Assembly: GCA_965248755.1 (NCBI GenBank)
Contig: OZ252149.1
Coordinates: 640,001 to 704,000, forward strand
Reading direction: 5' to 3'
From: Candidatus Latescibacterota bacterium
Lineage (GTDB): Bacteria; Latescibacterota; CBDEFO01
Length of the DNA stretch: 64,000 bases
Under the pieces are notes generated by a model that was given only the letters and a program-made list of their open reading frames with translations, made no database searches and had not been told where the DNA came from. Position 1 is the first letter of the stretch; the number at the start of each line of letters is the position of its first letter. Below are positions 49,753 through 59,764 of the stretch, in pieces. The position numbers were made by a program, and so were the translations under genes.

Positions 49753-50448
49753 TTGGCAGCGACTGAAAGGATATCAGACGCCAGCAGAATCACAATTGGA
49801 AAGCAGATCGTTCTGCCGTGGAGCAAAGCGGTCGAAATCAGTGTCAAGGGCATCAAGGTAAGACTTGGGCGTTCACTCATCACCATGAGCGGCATCGTAT
49901 TAGCGATAGCGTTCCTGATGTCTATATGGACGAATAATTCTATAGTAGTGTCCCTCAGAGAGGCAAATGACGCAGACGTAAATCTGCTGCTCCAGCAGAA
50001 AAGGATACAGACAGGCCCTGATGCCGATACGAGCGAGGAGGACTCTAAAAACGCATGGCTTGTGGCCTTATCCCTGCTGGTCTGTCTGGTGGGAATAGCC
50101 AACGCAATGCTGATGTCAGTCACGGAGCGATTCAGAGAGATAGGTACAATGAAGTGTCTGGGGGCCTTGGACTCGTTCATAGTGAAGCTATTTCTCCTGG
50201 AGTCGATGTTTCAGGGGCTGATAGGCACGATAATGGGAGTTATTACGGGATTTTCCTTGAGTCTATTGCTCTCGATGGTCAGTTTCGGGGATTATGTCTT
50301 CGAGTACTTCCCCGAGGCCACAATAATATTGCGATATGCGGGCTGGGCTATTTTGATCGGCTTTGTAGTGTCATTTTTCGGGGCGATCCTGCCCTCCTAC
50401 AGGGCAGCTAAGATGGAACCTGCTGATGCTATGAGAACAGAAGTATAA
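49753..50448 (+). CDS. Minimal FtsX/MacB-family ABC permease
   Basis: RSLIT.SGIVLAIA TM1, NAMLMSVTERFREIGTMKCLGA, four TMs, very short external loop. Confidence 0.88.
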   Translation: MAATERISDASRITIGKQIVLPWSKAVEISVKGIKVRLGRSLITMSGIVLAIAFLMSIWTNNSIVVSLREANDADVNLLLQQKRIQTGPDADTSEEDSKNAWLVALSLLVCLVGIANAMLMSVTERFREIGTMKCLGALDSFIVKLFLLESMFQGLIGTIMGVITGFSLSLLLSMVSFGDYVFEYFPEATIILRYAGWAILIGFVVSFFGAILPSYRAAKMEPADAMRTEV

Positions 50449-50455
50449 GGCAAAA

Positions 50456-50573
50456 ATAGTAGACAGCTTACAGTAGACATCATACAGGGAAAGGCAAAAG
50501 CACGTAGACGGATACATAAGTAGACGGCAAACAGGGATGGGAAGCCGTGCCCTGTCTGCTACCTGCTGTCCAC
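50456..50573. repeat. TAGACAG/CTGTCTR heptamer cluster
   Basis: Repeated gtagacag/gtagacgg units followed by inverted ctgtctg/ctgtcca. Confidence 0.7.
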
Positions 50574-50597
50574 TTATTTACGGTGTTAGGAGAAGAG

Positions 50598-51374
50598 ATG
50601 GCACAAGAGGAAAAGAAGGAAGACAAAGGGCAAAACCAGATAGAGCAGAGCGTGGTCAGAACCCAAAACGTTAAGAAGATCTATGAAATGGGAGGTATCA
50701 AACTAGAGGCCCTTAAAGGCATAGACATGGAGATTGAACCCGGGGAGTACATCTCGATTATGGGCCCTTCCGGATCTGGTAAAAGCACGCTGTTCAACAT
50801 GATAGGAGGACTTGACAAGCCGACTTCGGGAAAGGTTTACATAGACGAGGTGGACGTGGCTCAACTGGACGCCTATGAGCTCGCGTGGCTCAGGTGCAGG
50901 AAGATCGGCTACATCTTTCAATCGTTCAATCTTATCCCGGTTATGACCGCGCTTGAAAACGTGACTTTGCCGATGGTCTTTGCGGGACTGACAGGCGATG
51001 ACGCCAGAGAAAAAGGAGTGGAACTCTTGGGCAAGGTCGGACTGGGAGACAGAGTATCTCACAAGCCGTCCGAGCTTTCGGGAGGACAACAGCAAAGGGT
51101 GGCTGTGGCAAGGGCTATGGCCAACGATCCGGCGATTATCTTAGCGGACGAACCGACAGGGAATTTAGATCTTAAGACTGGGACAGAGATAATAAACCTA
51201 CTAAGGGAGATGAACGAAGATTCGGATGTCACGATAATAGCGGCTACGCACGATCACAAGATGCTCTCAGTCTCTGACCGCATAGTATGGATCAGAGACG
51301 GCATGGTCGACAGAGTACAAAGCAGAGAAGAGGTAGAAATCGAGGTCGGTACGATAGACGGCCAGACAGAATAG
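50598..51374 (+). CDS. ABC transporter ATPase (LolD/MacB-like)
   Basis: GPSGSGKS, LSGGQQQR, LADEPTGNLD. Confidence 0.95.
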   Translation: MAQEEKKEDKGQNQIEQSVVRTQNVKKIYEMGGIKLEALKGIDMEIEPGEYISIMGPSGSGKSTLFNMIGGLDKPTSGKVYIDEVDVAQLDAYELAWLRCRKIGYIFQSFNLIPVMTALENVTLPMVFAGLTGDDAREKGVELLGKVGLGDRVSHKPSELSGGQQQRVAVARAMANDPAIILADEPTGNLDLKTGTEIINLLREMNEDSDVTIIAATHDHKMLSVSDRIVWIRDGMVDRVQSREEVEIEVGTIDGQTE

Positions 51375-51480
51375 AACCCTTCCGTAACGACTATACCCCC
51401 AACAGCCTATTAGTATTAGACGGGCCATTTGTACTTTCAGTGTCGAGTCCGTGTTAGCTTATAGAGAAACTTGAAGTGTT

Positions 51481-52659
51481 ATGAAAGTACACGAACATCA
51501 AGCCAAAGAGATATTAAGAAGTTACAACGTAGCCGTTCCCCAGGGAAAGGTGGCATCCTCTCCTGAGGAGGCCCGAAAGATAGCAGAGGAACTGGGCGGC
51601 AAAGTCGTGGTAAAGGCCCAGATTCACGCCGGAGGCAGAGGAAAAGGAGGTGGCGTCAAATTGGCTGATGGGCCCTCTGAGGCCGAAACCTTAGCCTCAG
51701 AGATGATCGGAATGAACTTAGTCACTCATCAGACGGGTCCCGAAGGCAGAACGGTCAAAAAGATACTGGTCGAGGAAGCTACAGAGGTGGAAAAGGAATT
51801 CTATCTAGGGATAGTTCTGGACAGATCCGAGTCGAAATTAGTGGTGATGGCCTCAGCGGAGGGCGGCGTGGAAATAGAAGAAATAGCGGCAAACTCTCCG
51901 CAAAAGATATTAAAAGAGTGGATCGATCCCGCCCTCGGATTACAGCCCTTTCAAGCTCGGAGACTTGCGTTCGGTCTGAAAATGAACGTGGGGCTCGTCC
52001 GGAAAACGGCGGAATTCATAATGTATCTTTATGAGGCCTACGTCGAGACCGACTTCTCTATTGCTGAGATAAACCCGCTTGTGCTTACAAAAAGCGGAGA
52101 TATTATAGCTTTGGACGCCAAGATAAACTTCGATGATAACGCACTCTACCGCCACCCCCAAATACGTAAGATGAGAGATATAGATGAGGAAGACCCTTTG
52201 GAGGTAGAGGCTTCCAAGTATAATTTGAACTACATAAGACTCGCCGGGAAAGTAGGGTGCATGGTCAACGGGGCTGGACTTGCTATGGCTACTATGGACA
52301 TAATAAAGCTTGTAGGGGCCGAGCCTGCCAACTTCCTGGACGTGGGAGGAGGAGCAAGCGTCGAAGCCGTGGAAAATGGATTCAGGACATTGCTTTCGGA
52401 TAAGAACGTCGAGGCAGTAATAATAAATATCTTCGGCGGAATAGTCAGGTGCGATAGAGTGGCAGAGGGAGTCGTGGAGGCTCTGTCCAATATGGATGTT
52501 GCCCTCCCTGTCGTGGTCAGGCTCGAGGGCACCAATGCCCAGGAAGGGGCCAAAATCCTCAAGGATTCCCCGCTTTCTTTTGCCGTGGCGACGGACCTCA
52601 AGGACGCTGCAGAAAAGGTAGTAGCTGCTGTCGGAGGAAAGAATGAGCATTCTGGTTAA
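51481..52659 (+). CDS. sucC: Succinyl-CoA synthetase beta subunit
   Basis: [39 protein letters not shown]. Confidence 0.97.
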   Translation: MKVHEHQAKEILRSYNVAVPQGKVASSPEEARKIAEELGGKVVVKAQIHAGGRGKGGGVKLADGPSEAETLASEMIGMNLVTHQTGPEGRTVKKILVEEATEVEKEFYLGIVLDRSESKLVVMASAEGGVEIEEIAANSPQKILKEWIDPALGLQPFQARRLAFGLKMNVGLVRKTAEFIMYLYEAYVETDFSIAEINPLVLTKSGDIIALDAKINFDDNALYRHPQIRKMRDIDEEDPLEVEASKYNLNYIRLAGKVGCMVNGAGLAMATMDIIKLVGAEPANFLDVGGGASVEAVENGFRTLLSDKNVEAVIINIFGGIVRCDRVAEGVVEALSNMDVALPVVVRLEGTNAQEGAKILKDSPLSFAVATDLKDAAEKVVAAVGGKNEHSG

Positions 52660-53509
52660 TGAAGATACTACAGTCTTGGTGCAGGGGATCACTGGGGGGG
52701 AGGGTTCTTTCCACACTGTAAGGATGGTAGAATACGGAACAAAAGTAAAAGCTGGTGTAACTCCGGGAAAAGGAGGAGGGAACTTTGAAGGGATACCGGT
52801 CTTCGACACTGTGGAGATGGCAAAGCGAGAAACTGGAGTCAACGCATCGGCAATCTTTGTGCCCCCTGCTTTTGCGAAGGATGCTATAATGGAGGCGGCT
52901 GATGCAGACTTAGACATTGTGGTGTGCATTACTGAGGGTATCCCGACACTGGATATGATAAGAGTGAAAGAACACCTAAACTGCCGAAACACCCGGCTTG
53001 TCGGTCCCAACTGTCCGGGTGTCATATCTCCGGGCAAGTGTAAGATCGGGATTATGCCTGGTTCTATTCACGAAGCCGGAAGCGTCGGAGTCATATCCAG
53101 GAGCGGTACCTTGACTTATGAGGCAGTCAGTCAGTTAACATCCCTTGGCATCGGTCAATCTACCTGCATAGGTGTAGGGGGAGATCCAGTCATCGGAACT
53201 ACGTTTATAGACTGTCTGGAACTATTTGAGGCCGATCCTGAAACCGACGCGGTCGTCATAATAGGCGAGATAGGAGGATCAGCTGAGGAAGAAGCAGCAA
53301 CTTTTATAAAGAATAACTTTAGCAAACCGGTAATCGGCTTCATCTGCGGTAGAACCGCTCCAGAAGGCAGACGCATGGGACACGCCGGAGCGATCATTTC
53401 AGGTGGCAGTGGAACCGCCGAAGGTAAGATGGATGCCCTCAAAGACGCAGGAGTACGGGTCTCTGATAGCCCAGCTGAAATAGGAAAGGCGGTAAAAGAT
53501 GTATTATAA
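52643..53509 (+). CDS. sucD: Succinyl-CoA synthetase alpha subunit
   Basis: [26 protein letters not shown]. Confidence 0.97.
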   Translation: MSILVNEDTTVLVQGITGGEGSFHTVRMVEYGTKVKAGVTPGKGGGNFEGIPVFDTVEMAKRETGVNASAIFVPPAFAKDAIMEAADADLDIVVCITEGIPTLDMIRVKEHLNCRNTRLVGPNCPGVISPGKCKIGIMPGSIHEAGSVGVISRSGTLTYEAVSQLTSLGIGQSTCIGVGGDPVIGTTFIDCLELFEADPETDAVVIIGEIGGSAEEEAATFIKNNFSKPVIGFICGRTAPEGRRMGHAGAIISGGSGTAEGKMDALKDAGVRVSDSPAEIGKAVKDVL

Positions 53510-53628
53510 AACATAATACCGAGTAGGAGAAAGATCCCTGCTTGTCTGTTAGAGTTTAGGTTTACGTGTGACACTGTGCATTTTGGCAGCAACTGCTTGC
53601 CTACTTGAACCTAGGATAGTTCACCATC

Positions 53629-53665
53629 TCCCCGACCCCCGATTGACTCTATCGGGGATCGGGGA
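53629..53665. repeat. CCCCGAT hairpin repeat copy
   Basis: tccccgacccccgat-tgactct-atcggggatcgggga. Confidence 0.8.
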
Positions 53666-53696
53666 TCAGCTTTCAAATCTCGATCAGGAGTAACCA

Positions 53697-54557
53697 GTGA
53701 ATAGAGCAGCCAGAGATCATCAGTACGAGGCGATGTCACCTTTGGGGCTTTATCTTGAAGATATTTCAGATACGCAGCCCTTGTCCGCTCAGAAGGAGAC
53801 AGACCTGGCCAAGAGGATAAAGGTAGGCGACCAGGATGCCCTTGAGGAGTTGGTCAAAGCCAATTTGAGGTTTGTCGTCAGGATAGCCAAGAAATATCAA
53901 AACCAGGGTCTCCCCCTTGAGGACCTGATCAGCGAAGGGAATTTAGGACTCATCGAGGCGGCAAAGAGGTTCGATGAAACGAAGGGCTTTAAATTTATAT
54001 CCTATGCTGTCTGGTGGATAAGACAGGGGATGTTATCCGCTTTAGCGCAGCAGTCCAGGATGATCAGGCTGCCTATAAATAGAGTCAGCAATCTCCATAA
54101 GATAAGCAAGACGGCCAACATCCTCAGACAATACCTTGGAAGAGACCCCACTATACTTGAAATAGCCGACGAACTCGGAGTGGACACAGAGTACATCACA
54201 AATACACTTCAAATATCCAGGCATCATCTCTCGTTAGACGACTCTCCATCCAGTGACGATGAGGACAACAACCTGCTTTCTGTGCTAAAGGATGAACTTG
54301 CGTCCTCCCCGGATCAGAACCTCATGGACGAATCGTTTGTGAGAGCCTTGGGCAGAGCCTTGGACGCCTTAAAGGACAGAGAGGCTGAGGTGTTGAGGCT
54401 CTACTTCGGAATAGGTAAGGAAAGACCTATGACGCTTGAGGAGATAGGGCAGGTGTTCGGGCTTACCAGAGAGAGGGTCAGACAGATAAAAGAAAAGGCG
54501 ATCTCGAAGCTCAGACATCCCTCCAGAAGCCGTCCGATGAAGACTTATCTGGATTGA
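53697..54557 (+). CDS. RNA polymerase sigma70 factor (RpoD-like, no region 1.1)
   Basis: ANLRFVV, GFKFISYAVWWIRQ, TLEEIG..LTRERVRQI..KLRHP; AGGAG RBS with GTG start. Confidence 0.95.
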   Translation: MNRAARDHQYEAMSPLGLYLEDISDTQPLSAQKETDLAKRIKVGDQDALEELVKANLRFVVRIAKKYQNQGLPLEDLISEGNLGLIEAAKRFDETKGFKFISYAVWWIRQGMLSALAQQSRMIRLPINRVSNLHKISKTANILRQYLGRDPTILEIADELGVDTEYITNTLQISRHHLSLDDSPSSDDEDNNLLSVLKDELASSPDQNLMDESFVRALGRALDALKDREAEVLRLYFGIGKERPMTLEEIGQVFGLTRERVRQIKEKAISKLRHPSRSRPMKTYLD

Positions 54558-54593
54558 CATCCTCGGCAATCATTTGAAATTTTCAAATCCCTG

Positions 54594-55130
54594 GTGAACT
54601 CGAGGAGACCCTTGGGAGACATTATATTGCAGAACTTCAGCTGGTTAGTAGAAGGTGTGATAGCTGGCATGGCCTTTCCAGGGAGAAGGGACGCCTCTTC
54701 CTCCTATGATCATCACAAAAGCAACTATGAAAAGCTCAGAGACGATCTGGCGTTTCTGGAGAATAAGGGTATCTCTGCCGTCGTATCTTTGACCGAGGAG
54801 CCGCTTAATCGGGAAAGCCTCCGAAAATTTGGCATGGATTACTTACAGTTGGCCGTCTCTGATATGTCGGCTCCTACGTTCGAAGACGTGGAGAAGTTTG
54901 TAGATTTCGTGGAGGAGAAGGAAAAAGAGGCAAAAGCTGTAGCAGTTCACTGCACAGCCGGCATAGGCAGAACAGGAACTATGTTGGCGTGCTATCTGGT
55001 AAAGAAGGGGAAAAGTTCGATACAAGCTATACAGGAGATCAGACACAAAAGACCAGGGTCAGTCGAGACAGAGGCCCAGGAGCAGTTGGTTATAAACTAC
55101 GGGAGCAGTCTGAAGGATTTAGACGTATAA
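54594..55130 (+). CDS. Dual-specificity protein phosphatase
   Basis: HCTAGIGRT (CX5R), RPGSVET..Q. Confidence 0.9.
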   Translation: MNSRRPLGDIILQNFSWLVEGVIAGMAFPGRRDASSSYDHHKSNYEKLRDDLAFLENKGISAVVSLTEEPLNRESLRKFGMDYLQLAVSDMSAPTFEDVEKFVDFVEEKEKEAKAVAVHCTAGIGRTGTMLACYLVKKGKSSIQAIQEIRHKRPGSVETEAQEQLVINYGSSLKDLDV

Positions 55131-55380
55131 AAAAAAGATAAACTATGACACCACAAGTAAAAGGTCACAAAAAGCCCTGAATCCAATATCTGTATTGAGA
55201 ACCACTATCCCGCTGGAAGTATAGGCTTCAGAAGTACAGCTTCACTGCTCGTCAGGGGCGACAAGGCTCTGTGAAATGTAGACATCTCCACATTTTCAGC
55301 TCGTGCAATGACCGAAAGAAAATAATTACATTGCAAAACCGGTAGCCGCTCTGCTGGGATGGCAGCAAGCCCACCGAACG

Positions 55381-55398
55381 CCGATAGACTCAATCGGG
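55381..55398. repeat. CCGAT hairpin repeat copy (short)
   Basis: ccgat-agactca-atcggg. Confidence 0.65.
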
Positions 55399-55463
55399 AG
55401 CAAGCCACGAAGTGCGCGAAGCATTCTTTCGGTATACTGTCTCCTGTTTGCTGTTTAGAAGAA

Positions 55464-56315
55464 TTAGTCTTCCTCTCTTTTTTCCATCCGGGTCAGTATG
55501 CGCTCTTTTATGGTGTGAAACCTGGGGGAGTCCACCACCAAGCCCTCTTTAGGCGGCAGTCTATTTATCTGACTCTTGATGTTTTCTATCCGATCTTCTG
55601 TGGGAGGGTGAGTCGAGAATAGCTTCTCAACTCCGCCCGATTCCCTGTCGTTCAGAACGAGTAATTTCTCAAAGAAGGTGGTTATTCCCAGCGGGTCTAT
55701 GTTCGAGGCATACATCTCGTGAACCGCTAAGATATCTGCCTCTTTTTCAGCGTCCCTTCCGTATTTCAACAGACTTAAAGTCCCTCCTACACCGATCATA
55801 CTGGATGCCAATTGCCTCGTAAGGTCGGGATCGCCGCCTGCTGCCACCTGGACTATGACTGCTAATCCCAACTTCTTGGTAAGCTGCTTGGCCCCGTGTC
55901 TTTCCACAACGTGAGCTATCTCATGACCCATGACTCCCGCGAGCTCCGACTCGCTCTCAGCCGTCGTTATCAAACCCCGATTTACGTACAGATACCCCCC
56001 TGGAAGGGCGAAGGCGTTCACCTCATCTGTATCCACAACCTTGATATAGTAGGGGATATTAGCTCTTTTAGAGTTCTTTGCCATAAGTTGCCCCAGACTA
56101 TCTATGTAAGCCGTTACCACAGGATCGGGATATATCGTGATTTCCTTTTCTAGCTGCTTTGAGAACTGCGCGCCTAATTCGATTTCCTGCCTCGTGGATA
56201 TGAGATTCAACTTCCCAACAGCGGCACACGATAGTACAAAGCCTAAAAAGAACAATATCACCAGATAGTGAGCTTTAAATTCAGACTTTCGGCTAACTCG
56301 ACAATAGTTTCGCAT
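55464..56315 (-). CDS. M48 family metallopeptidase, probable lipoprotein
   Basis: NAFALPGG, HEIAH, EKEAD, STHP; LS-C lipobox. Confidence 0.92.
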   Translation of the reverse strand: MRNYCRVSRKSEFKAHYLVILFFLGFVLSCAAVGKLNLISTRQEIELGAQFSKQLEKEITIYPDPVVTAYIDSLGQLMAKNSKRANIPYYIKVVDTDEVNAFALPGGYLYVNRGLITTAESESELAGVMGHEIAHVVERHGAKQLTKKLGLAVIVQVAAGGDPDLTRQLASSMIGVGGTLSLLKYGRDAEKEADILAVHEMYASNIDPLGITTFFEKLLVLNDRESGGVEKLFSTHPPTEDRIENIKSQINRLPPKEGLVVDSPRFHTIKERILTRMEKREED

Positions 56316-56637
56316 GTCGCATCCTCCACAAATATGCCCCCTCTGGATATTTTCTGTTTTTCACTTGAAGGTAACTCCCCTGGAATCAGAATCTCGTCGA
56401 ATTCCGGCGCTAAAGCGGACTACTTGGCCTAACCTGTTACGTTCTCTATTTCCGCTGTCAAATAGCCTTTACAAACCAAATTTGGAACAGTCTGTACTTA
56501 CAAAAAGATATGAAAAATCCATCCAGATGTAAAGCGAATTTTATTTCTGCTATTTGACGCAGAAATCACTGTCTATTTTTGAACGTCGGAGTTACATTTA
56601 CATTATCCAGGCACCTTACAACAAAGTGTAGATTAGC

Positions 56638-56925
56638 GTGAAATCTTATGAGGTATTAAGCGAGCTTGAAGCTGTAGCCGAAAAGCTGTCTGTCGATGTC
56701 AGATACGAGGAACTCGAAGAGGGAAGGGGCGGGCTGTGCAAATACGGCGGCAAGAGGCGTCTCATCATCCACAAGCGTCTGTCCGCGGAGCAGAAAAGCC
56801 AGATTTTTCTGAGAGAACTATCCAAGCTTCCTCTGGACGACGTGTACATAGTGCCCAGGATCAGAGAATTGATAGACCAGAAGATCAAGGAAGGGGAAAC
56901 ATCCATTGTAGATGGGGATAGCTAA
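56638..56925 (+). CDS. Hypothetical protein
   Basis: 95-aa ORF with protein-like composition (VRYE..GGLC..LIIHKRL); no HExxH. Confidence 0.7.
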   Translation: MKSYEVLSELEAVAEKLSVDVRYEELEEGRGGLCKYGGKRRLIIHKRLSAEQKSQIFLRELSKLPLDDVYIVPRIRELIDQKIKEGETSIVDGDS

Positions 56926-57043
56926 TAGCAGGCATCATCTTCTTTGTTGACTTGAGAAGATGGCATTATTATCTTCAGCGTCCTGATCGTAATTGGGACT
57001 TGTCTCGAAATGCTGATCTTGTTATTTTTATTACTGAAGAGTA

Positions 57044-58123
57044 TTGGCGATAGATTTTCAAAAGATACAGGAAAGCAAGAATGCCGCTGTTAGGGCCGGT
57101 CTGTGGATTCTATCCCTCCTCTACGGCATAGGAGTGAGACTCCGAACATACGCGTATAGTGCTGGCATACTAAGGAGCTCTTCCCTGTCTGATCCTCCAC
57201 TGCGGTCTGTAAAAGTAATCTGCGTGGGCAACATTGCAGCAGGAGGCACAGGCAAGACCCCGACAGTAGAATATATCGTTCGTCGCTTACGGGAGGCAGG
57301 CAAGAGAGTAACGATAATCAGCAGAGGATACAAAAGGCAGGGCAGTGATATATCAGTAGTCTCAGACGGACGTGCTGTAAAGCTGAACGCAGAAGAGGCG
57401 GGCGATGAGCCATATCTCCTTGCACAAAAGCTTCGGGACATTCCCGTCGTAGTCGGGGCTGATAGATACAAGGCAGGCGTCTTCGCAGTGGAAAACTTCT
57501 CCCCTGACTTCATAGTCCTGGACGACGGATTTCAACACTTGAGTCTGAAGAGAGACGTAAATATCGCCGTAGTAGACTCTCTTTATCCGTTGAGCAAGGA
57601 TCATCTCTTGCCCAGAGGGACCTTGAGAGAACCGCTATCCGCCCTAAATCGGGCAGACGTAGTATTCCTGACGCATACTGATTATGCAGACGACAAAGAG
57701 AAGATCAAAAGGGAGATTATGTCTATAAATCCTGCGATACCCGCAGTAGAGACGATACATCGTCCGATCTGTTTACGGTCGCTGGCTGACAATTCGAAGA
57801 TCGGGATAGATCAGCTCAAAGAGAGGAAGGTATTAGCTCTATCCGGAATAGGAAATCCGAAGTCATTCCAGATGACTCTTGAGGGCTTGGGCGCCCGGCT
57901 AACAGGTTTCCTAAACTATCCAGATCATCACTACTATACAGAAAGGGATCTTGAAGAGGTATCGCTTAAAGCGTCCGAATTAGATTCTGAATTTGTAATC
58001 ACAACCCGAAAGGACGCTGTCAAATTCCCCGAATTTAGGTCAAAGATTCCGATATACGCCCTTGAAATAGAGATACAGATCACAGTGGGAGCGGATAAGC
58101 TGGACTCGCTCCTAAAAATTTAG
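57044..58123 (+). CDS. lpxK: Tetraacyldisaccharide 4'-kinase
   Basis: VGNIAAGGTGKTP, SRGY, GDEP, LDDGFQH, G.LRE, PDHH. Confidence 0.96.
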   Translation: MAIDFQKIQESKNAAVRAGLWILSLLYGIGVRLRTYAYSAGILRSSSLSDPPLRSVKVICVGNIAAGGTGKTPTVEYIVRRLREAGKRVTIISRGYKRQGSDISVVSDGRAVKLNAEEAGDEPYLLAQKLRDIPVVVGADRYKAGVFAVENFSPDFIVLDDGFQHLSLKRDVNIAVVDSLYPLSKDHLLPRGTLREPLSALNRADVVFLTHTDYADDKEKIKREIMSINPAIPAVETIHRPICLRSLADNSKIGIDQLKERKVLALSGIGNPKSFQMTLEGLGARLTGFLNYPDHHYYTERDLEEVSLKASELDSEFVITTRKDAVKFPEFRSKIPIYALEIEIQITVGADKLDSLLKI

Positions 58124-58132
58124 AGATAGATC

Positions 58133-59764
58133 ATGCAATCGGTCACAGATTACCTCGTAATCGGTAGTGGGCTAGCTGGATTTTCGTTCGCGCTCAAAGC
58201 GGCACAACACGGGAATGTCGCCATAATCACCAAGAAAGAGCACAAGGAGTCCAACACTAATTACGCTCAAGGCGGGATAGCAGCCGTGTTCTCGGACGAT
58301 GACAGCTTTGATCTCCACATAGAGGATACTCTAAGAGCCGGCGACGGACTCTGCTGCAGGGAGAGTGTCGAACTCATAGTCAGAGAAGGTCCCCAGATGG
58401 TGCGGGATCTCGTGAAGTGGGGAGCGGAGTTCACAAGGCGGGAAAATAGCGAAGAATTTGAGCTGGGCAGAGAGGGCGGACACTCTAAAAACAGGATCGT
58501 GCACGCCCGAGACCTCACAGGTGCGGAGATTGAGCGGGCTTTGTCAGTCGAGGTGCAGAACAATCCTAAGATTGAGGTCTATGAAAATCACGTGGCTATA
58601 GACCTGATCACAGAGCACCATCTCTTCGGTGTGAAGGAAGTTCAGAAGAATCGCATCACGTGTTGGGGCGCCTACGCCCTCGATACAGATAAGGGGGAGG
58701 TCAAAAAGTTCCTTTCTAAGATAACGCTCCTTGCCACAGGAGGCGCCGGCCATGTCTATCTGCATACCACCAATCCCTCAATAGCCACAGGCGATGGGAT
58801 AGCCATGAGCTACCGAGCGGGCGCCACAGCCGGGAACCTCGAATTTATGCAGTTCCATCCTACAAGCCTCTATCACCCGGAGGATGCTTCGTCCAGATCC
58901 CAATCCTTCTTAATATCAGAGGCAGTCAGAGGCTACGGAGGTATCCTTATAAATGACAAAGGCGAGGGCTTTATGGATAAGTATCATCCCCAAAAATCGT
59001 TAGCTCCAAGAGATACAGTGGCAAGGGCTATCGATGCGGAGATTAAAAAGAGTGGAACTCCTTGTGTATACCTCGACGTGACCCATAAAGACCCGGAGAT
59101 AACAAAGGAGAAATTTCCAAATATCTACGCAAAGTGTTTAGAGGTCGGAGTCGACATGGCTAAAGACCCCATCCCCGTGGTTCCTGCAGCCCATTATATG
59201 TGCGGCGGAGTGAAAACTGATGAGTGGGGAAAAACGGATATTTTCAACCTCTACGCCGCAGGTGAGGTCGCCTTCACAGGGGTCCACGGTGCCAATCGCC
59301 TGGCGAGCAACTCCCTTTTAGAGGCACTGGTCTTTTCGGACAGAGCCTGCCGACATTCCGCAGAGTTCCTCAAGGACAACTATTACACCTTGCCTGACAT
59401 CCCCGAATGGGACGAGGAGAACACCTTCAACGCCGAAGAATGGGTCATCCTCTCTCATGACCGGGAGGAGATAGAGCGGCTTATGTGGGACTACGTGGGC
59501 ATAGTTCGCTCCGACTTTAGGCTCCAGAGAGCCCAAAGGAGAGTCAGGATCATCAAAGAGGAGCTAGAGGAATTCTACAGGAGGACTAAGGTGACGCCCG
59601 AACTGATAGAACTCAGAAATGTCGCTTGTGTGGCCGAACTTATAATCCGTTGTGCCCTTTGGAGGAAAGAAAGCCGTGGACTGCACTACAACACCGACTA
59701 TCCGAGAAGGGACGATTCTGGCTGGCTTAAGAATACAATTTTGATTAATTCAGATATAAGGTAA
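58133..59764 (+). CDS. nadB: L-aspartate oxidase
   Basis: GSGLAG, YAQGGIA, EGGHS..RI.H, QFHPT, HGANRLASNSLLE, ESRGLHY. Confidence 0.96.
   Translation: MQSVTDYLVIGSGLAGFSFALKAAQHGNVAIITKKEHKESNTNYAQGGIAAVFSDDDSFDLHIEDTLRAGDGLCCRESVELIVREGPQMVRDLVKWGAEFTRRENSEEFELGREGGHSKNRIVHARDLTGAEIERALSVEVQNNPKIEVYENHVAIDLITEHHLFGVKEVQKNRITCWGAYALDTDKGEVKKFLSKITLLATGGAGHVYLHTTNPSIATGDGIAMSYRAGATAGNLEFMQFHPTSLYHPEDASSRSQSFLISEAVRGYGGILINDKGEGFMDKYHPQKSLAPRDTVARAIDAEIKKSGTPCVYLDVTHKDPEITKEKFPNIYAKCLEVGVDMAKDPIPVVPAAHYMCGGVKTDEWGKTDIFNLYAAGEVAFTGVHGANRLASNSLLEALVFSDRACRHSAEFLKDNYYTLPDIPEWDEENTFNAEEWVILSHDREEIERLMWDYVGIVRSDFRLQRAQRRVRIIKEELEEFYRRTKVTPELIELRNVACVAELIIRCALWRKESRGLHYNTDYPRRDDSGWLKNTILINSDIR

Noticed and set aside
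51940..53037. 365-aa antisense ORF, and similar antisense ORFs over aorB, gltB and korB
   Set aside because: Antisense shadows of well-conserved genes
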